Source: a virus. Taken from it: DNA of 37,835 bases. Location: positions 1 to 37,835 of the IMG/VR virus record IMGVR_UViG_3300025529_000020; one strand, 5' to 3'. Below, piece by piece: positions 33,436 to 37,835 of the stretch; positions within the stretch are counted from its first letter, which is position 1; the number at the start of each line of letters is the position of its first letter. The translations under genes and the position numbers were made by a program. A model generated the notes under the pieces. It saw only the letters and a list, made by a program, of their open reading frames with translations. It did no database searches and had not been told where the DNA came from.

Positions 33436-33975
33436 CTATCCACCACGCAACAGCGCATCCACCGCCTCGTAGAGTTCCGGGATGTCTCCGGAGTTGGGCA
33501 GTACGGCGTCCGCGAGATCCGCGGGAATAGCGGTCTCGGACGGATGCGTGTTCGCAGGGCCCACACCAGGACGCTGTACCCACACGAGGGAGAACCCTCG
33601 ACTTCGCAGCGCAAGTGCTTCGTTGCGGTACCGCACATCGGTCACCACCACGGGACCGGACAGTGCATCCAGTCGGCGTAGCGCGTGCTCCACCCACACC
33701 GATTCGCCGAGTGAGTCCCGGACTCCCGCACCTAGGCCTTGGAGAAGTTCGCGCACTTCCGGGATCGTCCTCTTCACACGGTCCCAGCCGTACGCCTCGA
33801 CTGCGTCTCGCAGGCGTAGCCCATCCCTCGTGATGAGTGGGTTCGTACTCAGCAGCACACTTCGGACGGGATCCGCGAACGCTACACGCGTGTATCCGCG
33901 GCACGCTAGGTACTCGGCGATGGTGTCCTTGCCGCTGCCTGCATATCCGATGAGGCCGATTTTTGACCGGTTCAC
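33436..33975 (-). CDS. P-loop nucleotide kinase, dNMP kinase-like
   Basis: Walker A GLIGYAGSGKDT near the N-terminus (phage dNMP kinases carry SGKDT); GTG start with GGAGGTG RBS. Confidence 0.55.
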   Translation of the reverse strand: MNRSKIGLIGYAGSGKDTIAEYLACRGYTRVAFADPVRSVLLSTNPLITRDGLRLRDAVEAYGWDRVKRTIPEVRELLQGLGAGVRDSLGESVWVEHALRRLDALSGPVVVTDVRYRNEALALRSRGFSLVWVQRPGVGPANTHPSETAIPADLADAVLPNSGDIPELYEAVDALLRGG

Positions 33976-33989
33976 GTCACCTCCCCGGT

Positions 33990-34036
33990 GTAGGACCTAT
34001 AGGTGTTACAGGTCCCAGCACCGGGGAGTGCGCGTA
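33990..34036 (-). promoter_or_regulatory. Conserved motif site 5 (GTTACAGGTCC ... GGGGAGTGCGCG) with GGACCT...AGGTCC inverted repeat
   Basis: GTTACAGGTCC at 34005-34015; overlaps the stop codon of the upstream holin-like gene. Confidence 0.5.
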
Positions 34037-34037
34037 G

Positions 34038-34253
34038 CTATTCGCTCTCGTTATCGTCGTGGTTCCGCGAAGTGTCCTTGGTCTGGTCCCAGCCCAGAAC
34101 GATCGCCATCAGCGCCATGATGCCGCCGATCAGTGCATCGTTGGTCTCGATCCCCGCCAGTCCCGGAACGGCCACTCCCAGCAGCGTCAGCACTGCCAGA
34201 ATGACCGCCCGTGCGCGGACCGGGTTGCGTAGCTGAGACACAATGTGCCGCAT
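34038..34253 (-). CDS. Holin-like small membrane protein (two predicted transmembrane helices, charged C-terminus)
   Basis: 71 aa, hydrophobic segments AVILAVLTLLGVAVPGLAG and LIGGIMALMAIVLGW, C-terminus RNHDDNESE; adjacent to endolysin. Confidence 0.55.
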   Translation of the reverse strand: MRHIVSQLRNPVRARAVILAVLTLLGVAVPGLAGIETNDALIGGIMALMAIVLGWDQTKDTSRNHDDNESE

Positions 34254-34266
34254 CGATCATCCCCCT

Positions 34267-34551
34267 TCACTCACGGGTTGTTAGCGCATGCTCTGTGGCA
34301 TGCACTATCTGCCACTCCCGCACGGCAGCCACCTCACCGCGCAGGAGATGGACATCGTCCGCCACCGCATCCACTCGCGCGCGGAGCGCGGCGATGGCCT
34401 CACGGGTCGCTGTCCCTTCTCGGGTTGCAGTGCGGCCCGATTTGCGCGCAGTCATATACGCGGGACCTGCGGTGATCGCTGCCGCCAAGATGGCAGCGGT
34501 CCCGGCAATCAGCTCCGGTCCCATGCGGATCACGTCCCCCACACCTGGCAC
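34267..34551 (-). CDS. Lysis-associated membrane protein (holin-like, one transmembrane helix)
   Basis: 94 aa with N-terminal hydrophobic helix LIAGTAAILAAAITAGPAY; overlaps the endolysin 3' end. Confidence 0.45.
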   Translation of the reverse strand: MPGVGDVIRMGPELIAGTAAILAAAITAGPAYMTARKSGRTATREGTATREAIAALRARVDAVADDVHLLRGEVAAVREWQIVHATEHALTTRE

Positions 34552-35642
34552 GTGGTCTTAGCGCTGCGCAGCGGTACCGGAGCTGGGCCGTAGTGCACCA
34601 CGCGGACCCGTGCCACATGGCTCTTGGACAGCCGCTCGGCGATGGCGTAGGTCATGTGGTGGTCGCCCCCGCCGTGCCGAGTGGTGTGGATGGGACCAGC
34701 CATTGTTTGGGTCACGGACGTTGGCAGTCGAGCACTCAGCGCGGCACGAGTCTGTGGCCCATACACCCCGTCCGCGTCGATCCCCAGAGCGTGCTGACAG
34801 GCCACCAGACCGGCCGTGGTGTTCGCACCCCACACACCGTCCGCACCATCAGGACCGACCGAAAACCCGAGTGCGATCAGCGCTTCCTGAATTTGGCGCA
34901 CCGCTGGTCCCGTCGCGCCTTGGCGGTACACACCGGTAGGGAGCACGTAGCTGTCTCTGCGGTAATGACTGACCCGCATTTGCACCTCACAGCCCTCGGG
35001 CAGCGCTTTACCGTCCAGAACCACGCCGGCCGAGAGCATGTAATGTGCCGGGCCCTTTACCACGTCGCGGAAGGTGCCAGTTTTGCCGGACGTTCGGGTA
35101 AACGGAATGGTCGTCCATTTCCCGGGCTCAAGGATCAGTTCCTCATTCCGCGTAAACCATACAAACTCGGGCATGTCATCCCCCACATTGCTGTACACCG
35201 GCCGAACATATCCATACGCCGCGGACGCGGAACGGGTCTTTTTATATACCCCGTCGCCATTCCAATAATTGCCACCCCACGAGCCGGACGTGTTGCCGCC
35301 AATCGTGGTCACCGTGTCCCCGTTGACGGCCACTACGATTTCGACGTGCGTCCCGCCATTAGGGCCGTACATAGCCAAATCGCCCACCTGGGGAGTGGAG
35401 TGGAAACGTCCACGGCTACGCCCCCATGCCACTTGTTGCAGGCATGATGCAGTAAGGGGGAAGTCCTTGTCCGGCCTCCCGCCTGCCTGCAGAAACACCC
35501 AACAGGTGAATGTCGCGCACCATGGTTGACCCTGGGACCATTCGAGCCCGGGAACCGCAGGGGAGTACTTCTGGATGTTGTTCCCGGTTTCGCGGTACCC
35601 CAACTCGCCGTGCGCGATTTCGATCACACGCTTAACGTCCAT
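34530..35642 (-). CDS. Endolysin: N-terminal CHAP-type cysteine peptidase with C-terminal peptidoglycan-binding domain
   Basis: Cys region QPWCATFTCWVF, GDLAMYGPNGGTHVEIVVA (Cys/His pattern), C-terminal PG-binding repeat GPAVRQIQEALIALGF...GVYGPQTRAAL. Confidence 0.65.
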   Translation of the reverse strand: MDVKRVIEIAHGELGYRETGNNIQKYSPAVPGLEWSQGQPWCATFTCWVFLQAGGRPDKDFPLTASCLQQVAWGRSRGRFHSTPQVGDLAMYGPNGGTHVEIVVAVNGDTVTTIGGNTSGSWGGNYWNGDGVYKKTRSASAAYGYVRPVYSNVGDDMPEFVWFTRNEELILEPGKWTTIPFTRTSGKTGTFRDVVKGPAHYMLSAGVVLDGKALPEGCEVQMRVSHYRRDSYVLPTGVYRQGATGPAVRQIQEALIALGFSVGPDGADGVWGANTTAGLVACQHALGIDADGVYGPQTRAALSARLPTSVTQTMAGPIHTTRHGGGDHHMTYAIAERLSKSHVARVRVVHYGPAPVPLRSAKTTCQVWGT

Positions 35643-35652
35643 ACAAAACCCC

Positions 35653-35967
35653 TCACATGCCGGGTACCTGAATCGCCATCCAGTCGATCCACGTCGCGGT
35701 AGTGGTATACCGTGCCGCGTAGATAGAAAAGCCGTTCACCGACTTGGCGGAATACGCCACCGTGATGAACGTACCTGGGACCGTGGTACGCGGAGTCAAC
35801 ATCACCATGGGGGTTTCTGTGAAGAACCCCTGTGGAAATGTGATTGTGGCCTCACCACGGTAATAGTCAGAAACCGGTTGATTGAACTGAATGAGCACCT
35901 CACCAGCGAGAATTTTGGGAGACAGTTTCTCCGCGGTGATCAACTCGCCAGCTTTCCACATGTACAT
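35653..35967 (-). CDS. Hypothetical protein (104 aa) between tail fibre-like gene and endolysin
   Basis: ORF with intercistronic spacing of about 10 nt on both sides. Confidence 0.45.
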   Translation of the reverse strand: MYMWKAGELITAEKLSPKILAGEVLIQFNQPVSDYYRGEATITFPQGFFTETPMVMLTPRTTVPGTFITVAYSAKSVNGFSIYAARYTTTATWIDWMAIQVPGM

Positions 35968-35981
35968 GTGGTTCCTACCTC

Positions 35982-37835
35982 CTATAGTCCGACAATCGCT
36001 CCGCGGAACAGTCGAATCTCCGTTCCCGCCGTATGGGGTTTGTGGATCCCGTTGGTAGCGCGCTGCACAGTGAACGTCTGCGTGGTGCCTGTTCCGGAGA
36101 TCGAGGCCACGCGTACAAGCTCCCCACCAACGAACATGTCCACAGGAAACGCCTGCGGCTCTTCTTCCGTGGTCACCCAGCGCGGTCCCCGAGTGGTGCG
36201 CACCGTGAACGTGGTTTGGACGCTGTCAACGTCCTCGTCCAGCTCCGCACCGGCAGTGTCAGCGCGGCACTGATCCTGCGGACCCACGTCCCCATCCGGA
36301 TCCGCGATCACCCCAATGAGCAGCGGTCCACCGGACGAGGCATTGAACGTCACCTCCCACGTGTGCGGGCCTAGACGCTCCTCATAGCCCTCGATCTGCA
36401 GTTCGATGGGCTCTGGTGGTAGCCACGGCGGTGGGTTGATGATCTGCAGGGCATCCCCCGAGTCGCGCACAGCCACGATGTCGACGAGGCCAGGGTTGCG
36501 TGCCAGGTTGATCGTGACCGTGGGGTACCGGGCATCGTCCCACGTGCCCAGGTGCAGCCGCCAATGCGCTAGGTCCCACAATTGACGTTCGTGGGCTGCA
36601 TGTAACGTCTCGGACTGCTCGTAGCGTCCCACGCCCAGTGGAGGCGGCTGCACTGATAGTGCGCCTTCCTCCAGCACCGCGCGGTACTCCGTACCCCGTG
36701 GCATGCTCACGGTCACATCATTAGCTAGCCGCTGGTCATCCTCGATAGGCTCCCACGGCTCGCTGATGTGTCCCGCACTGTAGTCCAGCACCACGGACAC
36801 CGCGGTATCGGTACGCGCTCGGCCACGGAACACCAGTCCCCCACGTGCCGCACACGTGCCGTGTTTGCGTGCTGTGGCGAACTCCCCCACGGTCATGCCG
36901 CCGAGAGCACTCCCACGGCCGTGGTGGAGCACATCAACGTGGTGGGATCCCACATGCATCCCGCCGAGCGCATCCGTGACCGCGGTGCGAGAACCCGCAA
37001 CTGCAGCACCGTCCACCGTGAAACGGCTCACGGCCGCACCCTGCGGTACCGCGTACCCTGATGCATGACCACCAAAGCTCAGGCCACCGGACGCTGTCGC
37101 GCCAGCTCGACGAGCCTCAGCGTGACCGCCCATGGTCAGCCAGTGCATCGCCCACGTCCAGCGTGGCGGTGGTGCGGGGCCGAGTGGACCGTCATCGGCG
37201 ACAGCTACGTGGGACACCCACAGTGAGGGTGGGTAGCCCTGGCCGCGGTGAAGACGTAGCGCAAGGTCGATTGCCGCCAACGTTTCAGGACCGACAACAC
37301 CATCGACTGGTAGCCCGTAGTCAGCCTGAAACGCTTGGACCGCTGTGACCGTTTCCCCACCATAGTCGCCATCCGCACCGTACAGCGGCAGCGGATACCC
37401 CAGCTCGAGCAGGGCTTCCTGCATGGCGGTGATTTCCGTATCCCCACGCGAAGCATCCGACTGGCCAGGGAGCAAGATGATACCGCGGCGGTAGCGGTAC
37501 CCGGTCAGCACCAGCTGGCCATGGAACGTGTACCCATTCCAACGGTGGATCCGTGTACGGTCACCAGCGGGGTTTGTCACCCGAGACTCGAAGAAGGCAC
37601 TTCCATCAGTATGGAATTCGACCAACCACCACTGGCCGATGGGGACCGCGTTACCTGTCTCTTCTGTCCAGTTGATAGCTGTTGCGGCCAGATCGTCAGG
37701 CTGGAGCCGAGTCCCGATGTTGCCGGACGCGGTCTCGTGAACCACCCATCCCAGCCCCGCAGTCGGGAAATGCGCGACCCAGCGCACCTCGTTGATCCCG
37801 TGTCCCGCTGCCTGCAGTCCCGGTGCCCACATGTA
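35982..37835 (-). CDS. Tail protein with peptidoglycan-binding domain (3' portion; N-terminus wraps to 385-1)
   Basis: 616-aa ORF reaching the window edge; PG-binding-like segment ITAMQEALLELGYPLPLYGADGDYGGETVTAVQAFQADYGLPVDGVVGPETLAAI; in frame with the upstream ATG at 385. Confidence 0.6.
   Translation of the reverse strand, partial: YMWAPGLQAAGHGINEVRWVAHFPTAGLGWVVHETASGNIGTRLQPDDLAATAINWTEETGNAVPIGQWWLVEFHTDGSAFFESRVTNPAGDRTRIHRWNGYTFHGQLVLTGYRYRRGIILLPGQSDASRGDTEITAMQEALLELGYPLPLYGADGDYGGETVTAVQAFQADYGLPVDGVVGPETLAAIDLALRLHRGQGYPPSLWVSHVAVADDGPLGPAPPPRWTWAMHWLTMGGHAEARRAGATASGGLSFGGHASGYAVPQGAAVSRFTVDGAAVAGSRTAVTDALGGMHVGSHHVDVLHHGRGSALGGMTVGEFATARKHGTCAARGGLVFRGRARTDTAVSVVLDYSAGHISEPWEPIEDDQRLANDVTVSMPRGTEYRAVLEEGALSVQPPPLGVGRYEQSETLHAAHERQLWDLAHWRLHLGTWDDARYPTVTINLARNPGLVDIVAVRDSGDALQIINPPPWLPPEPIELQIEGYEERLGPHTWEVTFNASSGGPLLIGVIADPDGDVGPQDQCRADTAGAELDEDVDSVQTTFTVRTTRGPRWVTTEEEPQAFPVDMFVGGELVRVASISGTGTTQTFTVQRATNGIHKPHTAGTEIRLFRGAIVGL
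37709..37835. repeat. Terminal direct repeat: exact duplicate of 1-127
   Basis: Identical to window start; an ORF reads through the junction in frame. Confidence 0.9.

Noticed and set aside
34593-35447. Plus-strand ORF of 284 aa
   Set aside because: Antisense to the endolysin gene.
1-37835. tRNA or rRNA genes
   Set aside because: No cloverleaf-compatible sequence with conserved T-loop/D-loop features was recognised by eye in intergenic regions; a tRNAscan run would be needed to be certain.

Overview
The window is a complete, circularly closed tailed-phage genome (about 37.7 kb unique sequence) from a high-GC, probably actinobacterial, host. Bases 1-127 are repeated exactly at 37709-37835, so the contig was linearised inside a tail gene. 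Nearly all genes are on the minus strand. The late module runs from HNH endonuclease, terminase small and large subunits, portal, head morphogenesis, scaffold and major capsid through connectors, major tail, frameshifted tail chaperone, tape measure and minor tail proteins (13700 down to 400). It continues across the junction into a tail protein with a peptidoglycan-binding domain, then a CHAP-type endolysin and holin-like genes (37835 down to 34038). The early/middle region (34000 down to 17300) encodes a dNMP-kinase-like protein, an HExxH metallopeptidase, a membrane protein with EERN repeats, a RecB-like exonuclease, primase-helicase, family A DNA polymerase, two resolvase-type nucleases and a phage-encoded sigma-70-family factor. 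A lysogeny region carries a large serine recombinase (14031-15635) and a divergent plus-strand Xis-like HTH gene. The non-coding DNA is unusually structured: a conserved GTTACAGGTCC...GCGCGC motif at five operon starts, AT-rich islands bounded by GTGACGAGTGACGA inverted repeats, an iteron-like CGGAACGGAA array, and a family of conserved terminator hairpins. All functional calls are from motif recognition by eye; no database search was run. I could not identify a single discrete novel system; the strongest candidates are listed as findings.
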